DNA of 64,000 bases from a bacterium (lineage in GTDB: Bacteria; UBA8248). Below are positions 28,188 to 37,789 of this stretch, piece after piece; position 1 is the stretch's first letter; each line of letters begins with the position of its first letter. Below the pieces are notes generated by a model. That model was not told the DNA's origin, ran no database searches, and saw only the letters and a program-made list of their open reading frames with translations. Made by a program: the position numbers and the translations under genes. Location of the stretch: contig OZ242260.1 in the NCBI GenBank assembly GCA_965207065.1, positions 2,976,001 through 3,040,000 of the forward strand, read 5' to 3'.

Positions 28188-28469
28188 ATGAAGAAATTCG
28201 CGATAGCAACTACGATGAGTCTCTTGACGCCCGCCGTGGCCCTCGCCCAGGGCGCGCCCCGTATGGGTATCGGCACGGGCCTGTTCCTTTCGATCGTCTA
28301 TGGCCTGGTCGGTATCGCTCTGTTGATGATCGGGTACAAGATTTTCGAGTGGATCACGCCCTTCTCGGTAAACGATGCGCTTTCGAAAGATCAAAACAGG
28401 GCGGTCGGGATCGTCGTGGGCGCGATTTTTCTGGGCGTGGCGGTCATCGTTGCGGCGGCTTTAGGGTAG
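28188..28469 (+). CDS. DUF350 family small membrane protein
   Basis: YKIFEWITPF...LSKDQNRAVGIVVGAIF motif; AAGGAG RBS. Confidence 0.85.
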   Translation: MKKFAIATTMSLLTPAVALAQGAPRMGIGTGLFLSIVYGLVGIALLMIGYKIFEWITPFSVNDALSKDQNRAVGIVVGAIFLGVAVIVAAALG

Positions 28470-28547
28470 TTGGGGATAAGTGTTGCTGCCTTTTTGACAC
28501 TGGCGTCGAGAACCTCTGACCGAGAGTGAAGAAGCGGGCCTGGCGTG

Positions 28548-29249
28548 ATGACAAAACTCAAGGATAAAGCGGATTTCAGGGTGTCACTTGCCGATCCGCT
28601 TTTTTTCTCTTTACAGGGTGAGGGCGCGACCATCGGTCGACCGTCCGTCTTCATTCGTCTCATGGGCTGCTCTGTGGGCTGCGTGTGGTGCGACACGAAG
28701 TATTCCTGGTCGGGACCTCCGGTGGAGGAGAGATCGATTGCGGAAATCCTGGGTTTTTGTGAGGAACATGAAGGCGCCCAGGTGGTGGTGACGGGGGGAG
28801 AACCTCTGGAATCCCCGCAGTTCCCAACGCTAATTAAGGCCCTCCATGCTGCGGGCTTAAGGGTGGAGGTGGAAACGGCGGGTCACGTACCACCGTCTGA
28901 AGACCTCCTCGAACGGGTGGACCAGTGGAACGTCTCGCCCAAACTACAGTCGGCCCAAATCCCGGAGGAAAAACAGCCGACTACCCTCGACTGGCTGCGC
29001 CGAGCCAAAGAACCCTATCTCAAATTCGTGGTTCACCGGGCGGGTGAACTCGATGAAATCGAGGATGTTCTCGATCAGTACGGCTTTTGTGATTTTCCGC
29101 GGAATCGCATCATCATTTCGCCGGGAGGAAAAACGCGCGAGCAGATGGAGCACAGACTGTTCGCCCTGGCGGAGTCTTCAATGAATCGAGGCTTCCGGTT
29201 CACCCCCAGGTTGCATGTGATGTTGTGGGGGGACAAGCGCGGGGTCTAG
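28548..29249 (+). CDS. queE: 7-carboxy-7-deazaguanine synthase (radical SAM)
   Basis: FFSLQGEG, FIRLMGCSVGCVWCDT, VTGGEP, NVSPKL and TPRLHVMLWGDKRGV motifs. Confidence 0.92.
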   Translation: MTKLKDKADFRVSLADPLFFSLQGEGATIGRPSVFIRLMGCSVGCVWCDTKYSWSGPPVEERSIAEILGFCEEHEGAQVVVTGGEPLESPQFPTLIKALHAAGLRVEVETAGHVPPSEDLLERVDQWNVSPKLQSAQIPEEKQPTTLDWLRRAKEPYLKFVVHRAGELDEIEDVLDQYGFCDFPRNRIIISPGGKTREQMEHRLFALAESSMNRGFRFTPRLHVMLWGDKRGV

Positions 29250-29288
29250 CTTCCGGCTGCAGGGAATTTCGTAGTGTCCGATGAAAAG

Positions 29289-29323
29289 AAAACGCCCCCC
29301 GACATTCGCCGGAGGGCGCTTTT
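29289..29323. terminator. Probable bidirectional intrinsic terminator between convergent queE and AOR genes
   Basis: AAAACGCCCCCCG...CGGAGGGCGCTTTT. Confidence 0.65.
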
Positions 29324-29339
29324 GATCTAGCTCAGTTGC

Positions 29340-31238
29340 TCAGGCGGGAAGGGCGATTCCCTCTTCCTCGGTGAGCCTGTCCCAATTCGCCTCGGTTCGT
29401 TTTTTGAGTTCATCCATGAATTCGCGTGTCATGAAGCTGGGCATTTTGACGTTTTCATTCGCCCCTTCATAGACGCGGGAGGGCACGTCGTATTCCTCGT
29501 CGGTATAGCCCACCTTTTTCTCCAGCAGGCGTCCTCTCAGGTAGGAACGCCGAATCGCCTGGTTCACGTCTTCTTCCGTCAACGAGACGCCGAACATATC
29601 GTTCAGGCTGTCGACGATATTCTCGTTGGGCGCGCCCGCGAATTTGCAAGTGCCGATGAGGTCGTCCCTCGTATAGTAGATGCCGTTCTGGATGGCGTTT
29701 TCCCAGTAATCGATGTCCGTCTGCTGGCCGTCGAGGATGAGGAGCAGGAACGTGCGCATGCTCATGTGGCCGCCTGCCAATGCCCAGGGGTAGCCGGGGT
29801 TTGTTTCGGGCAGATAGGCCGGGTATTCGAGGCCCTTGCCCTGCATAGCGAAGGATAGGTCGCCACACTGCTGGGCCAGACGCATGGTGCCCTGGGCCAG
29901 TTCTTCACACTCGCCCGCCGCTGCTTTGCGGATCAATTCATCCATCTTCCTGGCGTCGCCGAAGCGGATGTCGTCGAGCACGGGTTTGTCGGGGTTTTTC
30001 TCGTTCCACTCCATGGCGTAGCTTATGGTAGCGCCCAGGCTGATGGCGTCGTAACCCATCCGGTCGCCCAGTTCGACGAGATCCAGGGATTCTTCCGCAT
30101 CGTAGACGCCGCAGTTCGCCGTGATGAGGTCGAGCGGTTCATAGTCGAACTTGACCCTGAATTTTCCTTTTTTCGCCCGCCTGCCTTCGGCCGTCTCGCC
30201 CTCGGGCCTGTCGTAGATGTTTTTATGGCACGCGATGCCGCACTTGAAGCAGGATTCATCCTTGATGACGTAGGGTTCTTCAAAGCTGCCCCGGTACAGT
30301 TGAACGGCGTCATCGTTCCCCGGCGCCCAGAAGTTCCTCTCGGGCAGACAGCCCATGGGGTGGAGACCCGCGATGTTTCGCCAGGTTCCACCGCCGCCGT
30401 CCGCCTTATGGGCGTCTCGGTAGTTTTTGGAACCTGCGCCCCGTGAGATGACTTTGTTGGCCTCTTTGACGACATTCGTGACGGCGGCTTTGTCGTCTGG
30501 CGACTGCGCGACGATGGCGATGAGGTTTTTGGAACCCATCACGCCGCCGAAGCCGCCGCGTCCGCAGAACCTCGGCTTGCATTCCCTCGTTTTGAGCTGG
30601 TTTTCCGTGCTCAAGACAATGGACGCCATGCGGTTCGTCTCAAAATTCTCCCCCGGCGGGCCGATGACGGCGAAGTGCGCATCGTCGTATTCATCGGCGA
30701 GCGCCATCATTTTTTCATGCGAGTCTTGGCCCACAAGAGGAGAGGCGTCCACGAGTTCCAGGCTCGGCGGGCCGCCCAGGGTGTCGCTCTTGATAACCAG
30801 TGTGACGGGCTTCTCGCTCCTGCCGGTAAAGATGATTTCATCGATGCCCGCGCAGGCAACCTTGGTTCCGAATTTGCCGGAGCCTGCCGAGTACATAGCG
30901 GAAGGTGCGCCTGCGAGCGTGCTCTTGAGCGGACTGTAGCCGCCAAAGAACGTCCTCAGCCCCGTCATGAGGTTCGTACCAGAAAAACAGCCAAGTTCCA
31001 TGACGAGCGGGGCGGAAGGGGCATAGGGGTCAGATACGTCGTGATGGGAGAGGATTTTGAAAATCCTGCCGATCCCGCCCAGAAAATCCTCCAAATCCTC
31101 ACAGGATTTGTCTTCAATCGTGATATTTCCACTGTCCAGCTCAACGGTAGCGCTTCTATACTTGTAATCAGTTGCCGAGTTATTCCCGTTTCTGGCGTCT
31201 GTCCACATTTTTCTGCCTGCCTCCGATGAATATGCCAC
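29340..31238 (-). CDS. Aldehyde:ferredoxin oxidoreductase family (W/Mo-bis-pterin, 4Fe-4S)
   Basis: FLGGIG, YSPL, IGPPGEN, GRGGFGGVMGSKNL, CFKCGIAC, DRMGYDAIS, KGLEYPAY and DLIGTCKF motifs. Confidence 0.9.
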   Translation of the reverse strand: MAYSSEAGRKMWTDARNGNNSATDYKYRSATVELDSGNITIEDKSCEDLEDFLGGIGRIFKILSHHDVSDPYAPSAPLVMELGCFSGTNLMTGLRTFFGGYSPLKSTLAGAPSAMYSAGSGKFGTKVACAGIDEIIFTGRSEKPVTLVIKSDTLGGPPSLELVDASPLVGQDSHEKMMALADEYDDAHFAVIGPPGENFETNRMASIVLSTENQLKTRECKPRFCGRGGFGGVMGSKNLIAIVAQSPDDKAAVTNVVKEANKVISRGAGSKNYRDAHKADGGGGTWRNIAGLHPMGCLPERNFWAPGNDDAVQLYRGSFEEPYVIKDESCFKCGIACHKNIYDRPEGETAEGRRAKKGKFRVKFDYEPLDLITANCGVYDAEESLDLVELGDRMGYDAISLGATISYAMEWNEKNPDKPVLDDIRFGDARKMDELIRKAAAGECEELAQGTMRLAQQCGDLSFAMQGKGLEYPAYLPETNPGYPWALAGGHMSMRTFLLLILDGQQTDIDYWENAIQNGIYYTRDDLIGTCKFAGAPNENIVDSLNDMFGVSLTEEDVNQAIRRSYLRGRLLEKKVGYTDEEYDVPSRVYEGANENVKMPSFMTREFMDELKKRTEANWDRLTEEEGIALPA

Positions 31239-31341
31239 ATGGAATTCTAGAGTTATATTATTTGCGATTGATTGTTTTTCTCAGCCCGTGATTATTCCGT
31301 GTTTTGCCTTGTTGGGCAAGCCGACGGACGTGGTAAGGATT

Positions 31342-32928
31342 TTAGAAAGCTACAGGCTCTTGAAATTCTCCAAAAACGCCACGGAGCACGTCCGTTATCT
31401 CCCCGATAGTGGCATATGCTTCCACCGCCTCGGAAATCGCCTCCATGAGATTCTCATCGCCTCGGGCGGCGTCTTCCAGGCGTTTGAGACTTAGTTCTGC
31501 CTGTGAAGTGTCTCGCTCTTTCTTCAATTTATTCAGTTGTTTCTTCTGACGCTCTTCAAGCGCAGGATCAATCGTGAATATTTCTTGTGCGGGAGGCTCC
31601 TCCCGCATATATTTATTTACGCCGACGATAGTCTGCTCATGTGCATCCACCGCTTTTTGCCAGCGGAAAGCGCTCTCTGCTATCCATTTTTGCACTACGC
31701 CTCTTTGAATGCACTCAACCATGCCGCCGCGTTCTTCCACGTCTTCAATAATTTGCGCCATTTCATTTTCCATGCTTGCAGTTAAATTCTCCAGATAATA
31801 TGAACCACCAAATGGGTCCGCCACATCGGGGACGCCGCTTTCATGGGCAATGATCTGCTGGGTGCGCAGGGCGAGAAGAGCGCTATCTTCGGTCGGCAAG
31901 GCCAGTGCTTCGTCATATGCACAAGTAAAGATGGTTTGGGCGCCTCCGAGCACGGCGGAAAGTGTCTCGTAGGTGACTCTGACGATATTGTTCTCGGGTT
32001 CTTGTGCAGTTAGCGTACTCCCGCCACAAACGACGCCGAAGCGGAATAGCCAGCTTCTCTCGTTTATAGCGCCAAAACGCTCACGCATGATTTTTGCCCA
32101 AAGCGTCCGCATGGCTCTGTATTTGGCGATTTCTTCGAAAAAATCCATGTGGGTGTAAAAATAAAAACTGAGCCTGGGGGCGAACTCGTCGATATCAAGT
32201 CCGCGGTCCAGACATCTCTCTACGTAAACGATGGCGTCCGCGAGCGTAAAACCGCCTTCCTGGACGGCAGTTGCGCCGGCATCCCTGAAATGAGCTCCTG
32301 CAGCGCTGATGGTATTGAACCTCGGAGTGTTTTTCACCCCGTATTCAACAGTATCGACGATCAGCCTTAAGGATGGCTCGGGCGGGAATATCCATGTGCC
32401 GCGGGAAACATATTCCTTCAGAATGTCGTTCTGGATGGTGCCGGTTAGTTGAGCGGGCGAAACGCCTTGTTTCTTGCCGACTGCGACGTACATGGCATAA
32501 AGGATGGCGGCCGTTGAGTTGATGGTGAAGGACGTGCTGATCCTGTCGAGCGGAATATCTTGAAAAATGGTCTCCATATCCGCCAGTGAGTCGATGGCTA
32601 CCCCGACTTTGCCGACTTCGCCGGATGATTTTTCATTGTCGCTGTCGAGTCCCAGTTGTGTCGGGAGGTCGAGGGCGACGGAAAGCCCGGTGTTCCCCTC
32701 GTCTAGTAGAAAGCGGTATCGCTGATTCGTATCTTCGGCGGTTCCGAAACCCGAATACTGGCGCATCGTCCACAAGCGTTTTCTGTACATCTCGGGGTGA
32801 ATGCCGCGCGTGAGAGGATATTCGCCTGGTTTGCCAGGGGAATTGCCCGGAGGCAAATCTCTCAGGCCGTACGTGTTTTCAACGGCGAGACCTGAACGAG
32901 TTTTTATCTGTGGGGGTTCTTTTCCCAT
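31342..32928 (-). CDS. B12-dependent acyl-CoA mutase, substrate-binding large subunit (methylmalonyl-CoA mutase family, no cobalamin-binding domain)
   Basis: PGEYPLTRG, WTMRQYSGFG, GLSVALDLPTQ, GTIQNDILKE, YDEALALPT and DPFGGSYY motifs; no DxHxxG. Confidence 0.92.
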   Translation of the reverse strand: MGKEPPQIKTRSGLAVENTYGLRDLPPGNSPGKPGEYPLTRGIHPEMYRKRLWTMRQYSGFGTAEDTNQRYRFLLDEGNTGLSVALDLPTQLGLDSDNEKSSGEVGKVGVAIDSLADMETIFQDIPLDRISTSFTINSTAAILYAMYVAVGKKQGVSPAQLTGTIQNDILKEYVSRGTWIFPPEPSLRLIVDTVEYGVKNTPRFNTISAAGAHFRDAGATAVQEGGFTLADAIVYVERCLDRGLDIDEFAPRLSFYFYTHMDFFEEIAKYRAMRTLWAKIMRERFGAINERSWLFRFGVVCGGSTLTAQEPENNIVRVTYETLSAVLGGAQTIFTCAYDEALALPTEDSALLALRTQQIIAHESGVPDVADPFGGSYYLENLTASMENEMAQIIEDVEERGGMVECIQRGVVQKWIAESAFRWQKAVDAHEQTIVGVNKYMREEPPAQEIFTIDPALEERQKKQLNKLKKERDTSQAELSLKRLEDAARGDENLMEAISEAVEAYATIGEITDVLRGVFGEFQEPVAF

Positions 32929-32935
32929 CTTGCGA

Positions 32936-33715
32936 TTATCTCCCCTTGAAAACGGGGTTTCGCTTTTCGAAAAATGCTTTTACCGCCTCATCATGATCTT
33001 CTGACACCCAAAGATCTGCAAATAGCGACGATTCCATACCCTTCGTTTCATTCAGTGTATTTTCTAATCCGAATAAGAGCAATTCCTTCAAAGAGCGGAT
33101 AGCCGTCGGCGCGCTTTTGGTAATTTCATCCACCATCGCTTTCGCGACGCGAAGACCGTCTCCTTTGTGTACCACGGCGTTGGCAAGTCCCATCTTGAGC
33201 GCATCTTGGGGGCTCAGTTCTTTGCAGGTGGTCAACAATTCCATCGCGCGTCCATAGCCGATAGCGCGGAGAAGACGACCCCCGCCTCCCCAACCCGTCA
33301 TGAGGCCGACGCGGGCTTGCTTGAAGCTCATGTAGGCGTGTTCTTCGATTATTCGCATGTCACAGGACATGGCGATTTCGGTCCCACCGCCCAGAGCGTA
33401 TCCATTCAAAACGGCGATGACAGGCACTGGCAATTCGGACAGACGCCCCAGGATTCCCTGCATGCGTCTGCTCATCCCCAGACCCGCCTCGTGAGATTCA
33501 AATGACTGTAGCCACTTCAAGTCGCCGCCTGAGCAGAACGCCTCCTCGCCCGCACCCGTGAGGACGACGGCTCTCAGTTCTCGAGATGCTTCGAGGTTGA
33601 CCAGGGCGTCTGAGAGCCCCTGCATGATTTCTTCGTTGATGGCGTTGCGAACGTTTTTTCTGTTGAACTTCAGGATGGAAAGTCCGCCCTCGGCTTCATG
33701 AATAAAATCGGGCAT
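32936..33715 (-). CDS. Enoyl-CoA hydratase/isomerase (crotonase) superfamily protein
   Basis: AFCSGGDL, NGYALGGGTEIAMSCDMRI and AFFEKRNPVFKGR motifs. Confidence 0.9.
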   Translation of the reverse strand: MPDFIHEAEGGLSILKFNRKNVRNAINEEIMQGLSDALVNLEASRELRAVVLTGAGEEAFCSGGDLKWLQSFESHEAGLGMSRRMQGILGRLSELPVPVIAVLNGYALGGGTEIAMSCDMRIIEEHAYMSFKQARVGLMTGWGGGGRLLRAIGYGRAMELLTTCKELSPQDALKMGLANAVVHKGDGLRVAKAMVDEITKSAPTAIRSLKELLLFGLENTLNETKGMESSLFADLWVSEDHDEAVKAFFEKRNPVFKGR

Positions 33716-33771
33716 GAGACCTCCTGCTGATTTCGTCTACTAGAGCCGAGGTAAGGTGTAAAACTAAGGTC

Positions 33772-34716
33772 TTACCAGTATTTCTCGTAATGGATGTTTC
33801 CCTTTGTCTGGCCATAGTCCATCGTGAAGCCGCGATCTTCCATGATCTGAATGACGCCCGGCGCGCCTTCGGGCCATATTTTCTCGCCTTCCCGAACTTT
33901 CGGGATACCGATCATGTCTGGGTTTCCGCACAAGAACAGATGCGTGTTCGCAGGGTCCATCTTGCGGCCGATGTTTTCCTCGAACATGCCCGTGGCCAGA
34001 TAATCCTGCACATATATCTTGTTGTTGATGGTATCCGCCTCGCGCGTGGTGAGCGCGTGATATGAGAGCGTGGGATATTTCTTCTCGAGTTCTCTATAGA
34101 GGGGTTCGTATGCAAGGTCGTTATTGTATCGAACGACGTTGATGCTGGCGATTTGCCCTTTGTAGCCCGTGCGAAGAAGCTCCCAAATCATGTGGTTATG
34201 CGGACCTTCTCCCGTCCCCGTGCCTGCGAAGACGACGAGAGAATTGTCATCGTTACGAATATCGTTCATGCATTCGAGCGTGTATTCACCAGTAAATTTC
34301 TGGCCCATGTGAATACGATCGCCAGATTTCAGGAGGAAGAGCCTCGGGGTAAGAAGAGGCGCGGGCTCTCCTTCCGCACCGATGACCATGACGATGTAGA
34401 ATTCCAGAAAATCCAAATCATCCGGCGGAAACAGTTCTCCCGCTCCGTTGACTACAGGGTGGGACACGGAATAGGCGCGTCTTCCCAATCGCCTGATTCT
34501 CTTCTCGTCGAGTTCTTTTTCCTTGACAGCGTCTTCGTGGCGAGGCTCCCAATTTCCTAAGCCCAGCGTCGTATATTGCCCTGATTTATATTCGGGAAAG
34601 TCGAAATCGGGTTTTACGCGAAAACATGCGAGCATCTCATGCTGCCAGACGATATCCACGACTGTGGCGTTGTAGTGTTTTTCCCTTAACTCTAGTTTTG
34701 TTGCATCATCAAGCAT
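33772..34716 (-). CDS. fpr: Ferredoxin(flavodoxin)--NADP+ reductase
   Basis: GQYTTLGL, RRAYS, GTGTG, LCGNPDMI and C-terminal HYEKYW motifs. Confidence 0.87.
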   Translation of the reverse strand: MLDDATKLELREKHYNATVVDIVWQHEMLACFRVKPDFDFPEYKSGQYTTLGLGNWEPRHEDAVKEKELDEKRIRRLGRRAYSVSHPVVNGAGELFPPDDLDFLEFYIVMVIGAEGEPAPLLTPRLFLLKSGDRIHMGQKFTGEYTLECMNDIRNDDNSLVVFAGTGTGEGPHNHMIWELLRTGYKGQIASINVVRYNNDLAYEPLYRELEKKYPTLSYHALTTREADTINNKIYVQDYLATGMFEENIGRKMDPANTHLFLCGNPDMIGIPKVREGEKIWPEGAPGVIQIMEDRGFTMDYGQTKGNIHYEKYW

Positions 34717-34835
34717 TCATTCCCTCATCGGATGTATAAATCATTCTAAGATAGTGCATCACAGCCAAACTGCAGGCGAATACTACCCAATTCGCTTGAG
34801 AAGATATAGCCTTGAGCCACATTTTTTTCAGATAA

Positions 34836-35561
34836 TTATATCGTGATCGCCTCGAACGATACCGCAAATTTGTATCCGGCATGCTTCCCTGTTTCGATGG
34901 CCGCCTGGGTGAGAAAAGCGACAGAGTCGAACCCTTGCGCGAGATTGTCGATGTAGAGCTTATGGGCTTGTAAGGATGCGATTCCTGTATCGAGGTGCTC
35001 AGTGACATCCACGGCAATTGTGGATTCAGGAGAGCCGCTGAGCAAAATCATTCGAACGCCCGTCCAGGGTTCGAGTCCTTCGTCCAGTAGTTCGGGAAAA
35101 ATCCAGCGGTTTCCAGCATCGCGGCTCGCGTCCATCACGCCATAGGCGAGCCAGCGATGATCCGCCATGTTCAACGGGCCGCCCGGCCAGGTGAGGTGGT
35201 GGGAAAGCGTGATCACGATTTCAGGTCGGTAGGTTCTGATTTTCCGGGCGAGTTCGCGTCTTAAATCCAGATTGTACTCGATGATCCCATCCGTATAGCC
35301 CAGGAATTCGACATTTCCCACACCGACGATGGCGGCGCTTTTTATTTCTTCCTCTTCTCTCGCGGGGCCGGCTTCTTCCGGCGACATCCCGTCGATGCCC
35401 GCCTCGCCACTCGTCATGAGAATGTATGAAACTTCCTTACCTTGGGCCGTCCACCTTGCGACCGCGCTCGAGGCGCCGAATTCCATGTCATCCGGATGAG
35501 CCACGATGGCCAACGCTCGCTGCCAATTTTCATCGAGAGTAAGTAGTTTGTTCGCCGTCAT
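34836..35561 (-). CDS. PIG-L/LmbE family deacetylase
   Basis: VAHPDDME, TSGEAG, LGYTDG and ADHR motifs. Confidence 0.9.
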   Translation of the reverse strand: MTANKLLTLDENWQRALAIVAHPDDMEFGASSAVARWTAQGKEVSYILMTSGEAGIDGMSPEEAGPAREEEEIKSAAIVGVGNVEFLGYTDGIIEYNLDLRRELARKIRTYRPEIVITLSHHLTWPGGPLNMADHRWLAYGVMDASRDAGNRWIFPELLDEGLEPWTGVRMILLSGSPESTIAVDVTEHLDTGIASLQAHKLYIDNLAQGFDSVAFLTQAAIETGKHAGYKFAVSFEAITI

Positions 35562-37783
35562 TTTTTCACCTTTTTCACAAAAATGGGGCTGCTCCAGGCG
35601 AATGCTCCGTCTTCTTGCATCAACCTGATGAAGTAGGGGTTCCAGCCGTCATGAAAATCACTTTCATCGACGTCGAATATGACGTTCGTGTGAGGGTTCC
35701 CAGGCGTTGGGCTGATGCGCTGCACTTCCACTTGTTGGCGAACGCCGCCTGCATCCACCACATAGGGAATGGCCCCGATGGTATCGAGATTCACATCAAA
35801 GGAAACGACGTCGGTTTCAAAAAAAAGCGTTGCGCCTTCTCCGCCTGAAATACGGAATTCGACGCCGTCCGCATCCCCGGTCGTTCGGCTCAACCACCGG
35901 ATGCTCTGCTCATCGGCCGACTGTATGCCTTCCTCAAGATTATCCACTTGCCAGTCTCTGGGCTCTTCGATTCTCCCTTTACCGACCCGCAAACCTCCGT
36001 GCCAGTGGGTTTGGCGGTTGCGCTGGTGTATGCGGGCGCCGCTCCAGGAGACTCGAAACCAGACAGAATTTTGGGCAGCCGTATCTTTAGGGCGATAAGA
36101 GCAGATGGTTTGTGAGGCGCGCTTTAGCTCAATCGACTCAATCCCGCATTCGCCCGTTGCGCGGACTTTGAACACGGGCGGATCGGTGGATTCGAACTCC
36201 TCTCCCATAAAATGTTCGCCAGCCGAAAAGGAGAGATGAATTTTCTTGCCCGTCGTCGCATAGACGCGCCTGGCCTGGATCGCTTCCCAAAGGCTCTCGC
36301 GCGTGAGTTCTGTTGCATAAATGCAGGCGTAACCGCCATAGACTCCGAAAATAGCCGCTCCCGGGTAGCTCGCTCCCGGTCGACCCTTGTGCCCATCGCT
36401 CCCTGCCGTGATGCCCACGCGCCAACCCTTTTCCAGGGCTTCCTCCACGAACCATTCGAATCGTCCCCAGGAAGAATATATTTCCATGACGCGCTCAAGT
36501 TCTGCTTGGTGATAGTCCAGGCTCGCCCGCCGGCCCCCGATATGGGGGACTAAGGTGACGTCCCGGCTGCCTTCCAAGGCGCCGTAGAGTGCATCTAGGG
36601 GATACCTGTCCTTTTCCTGATCTGTCCAGTCCTCCAGTTGCCAGTGGCTGGTACGGTGCAGAGGGCCATCGTCGCCTAGATACATGACGTTCCTGTCCCC
36701 GCCCATACCCGTCACGGCGGACCATTCAACGCCCAGGAACGTAACGAAGCGTCCAGGTTCGTTGTATTTCCTCGTGGTCGCTCGAATGGCGCTCCAAGTG
36801 TCTTTCGTGACTTGAAAATCATTCCCCTGATGGCAGGAAAATTGCGCTCCGGCCATGTTACGGGCAAATGCGAAGTAGTCATCGACGGTGTTCGTGCCTA
36901 CCGTTTCCTCGCTTTGGCCGTGCAGATCGCCCCAGAATGGCCGCCACTGGTGGGTTTTCTCCATGGCGTATATGTAATTGCTGTATGCAGGAGGGATGTC
37001 GCCCCCTGCGTCACCTCGTATGCGCCCCCATTCCCCGGATTCCCAGAACAGATTCTCCAGGCGGACAACTGCTGGTTCGCCACGCTTGAATTGAACGGTT
37101 CCTGGCAGCCCCTCGCAGATTCCGCCCTCGGCAGCGAGCGAAACTTGCGCATCTATGCCGCGGCATGGATTTCCCCAGATGTCCTCGAGTTTCACCTGCA
37201 TCCAGGATGTCTCATCGGGTGCCTGTTCGGTCGGCCCGTGAATGACGAGGCGGGCGGGATTTCCCGGTACGATGGAAAAAGCGGGCGTATCGGCGGCTTC
37301 GATGAATCGATTCGAGCCGAAGCAATCAACGAAAAGCCTGAGGCGGAAATTTTTTTCGCAAAAGGTTTGAGCGCGGGTTCCCGCTCCGCCCCCGCTACGG
37401 TCTCCCAGAACGATAGTTACCGTATCGCCTTCCGCCAGATAGCTATCAAATACATCGATGGCCAGGCCTTGCTGCCAGGGCCTGATGTTCGATTTCGGAT
37501 CCCATCTAACCCTGAGCGAGGCGCTCCCGCTCGTACTTACACTCGCATAGTGAGGCTCACCGGGCGCGTCGGTTTGCGGCTTGGCCCAATCACTGGCGAA
37601 ACGTCGCGAAAGGACGATAGTCCCGCCATCATCCACGCCGTATCTGCCAACGTGGTAAGTAAGCTCCCACGTGCCCCATGCGCCTGCTTCCACTTCACCG
37701 GCGGGAGCGAGTTCGCTCCATCCCACCCATTCGCGAACCCAGGATTCACTCTTTCCGTGTCTGCCGTCAGGTGTCGTATCCAT
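35558..37783 (-). CDS. DUF3604-type PHP-domain metallohydrolase
   Basis: FWGDLHGQS, GVEWS, GGDRNV, PHIGGR, GSDGHKGRPG, ARRVYATTG and AWSSPIFV motifs. Confidence 0.82.
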   Translation of the reverse strand: MDTTPDGRHGKSESWVREWVGWSELAPAGEVEAGAWGTWELTYHVGRYGVDDGGTIVLSRRFASDWAKPQTDAPGEPHYASVSTSGSASLRVRWDPKSNIRPWQQGLAIDVFDSYLAEGDTVTIVLGDRSGGGAGTRAQTFCEKNFRLRLFVDCFGSNRFIEAADTPAFSIVPGNPARLVIHGPTEQAPDETSWMQVKLEDIWGNPCRGIDAQVSLAAEGGICEGLPGTVQFKRGEPAVVRLENLFWESGEWGRIRGDAGGDIPPAYSNYIYAMEKTHQWRPFWGDLHGQSEETVGTNTVDDYFAFARNMAGAQFSCHQGNDFQVTKDTWSAIRATTRKYNEPGRFVTFLGVEWSAVTGMGGDRNVMYLGDDGPLHRTSHWQLEDWTDQEKDRYPLDALYGALEGSRDVTLVPHIGGRRASLDYHQAELERVMEIYSSWGRFEWFVEEALEKGWRVGITAGSDGHKGRPGASYPGAAIFGVYGGYACIYATELTRESLWEAIQARRVYATTGKKIHLSFSAGEHFMGEEFESTDPPVFKVRATGECGIESIELKRASQTICSYRPKDTAAQNSVWFRVSWSGARIHQRNRQTHWHGGLRVGKGRIEEPRDWQVDNLEEGIQSADEQSIRWLSRTTGDADGVEFRISGGEGATLFFETDVVSFDVNLDTIGAIPYVVDAGGVRQQVEVQRISPTPGNPHTNVIFDVDESDFHDGWNPYFIRLMQEDGAFAWSSPIFVKKVKK

Positions 37784-37789
37784 TATGAG

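Noticed and set aside
28548-29249. Stand-alone queE as part of a deazaguanine DNA-modification (dpd) system
   Set aside because: No dpdA/tgt paralog, other que genes or phage/defence genes are nearby; ordinary queuosine synthesis is the simpler reading.
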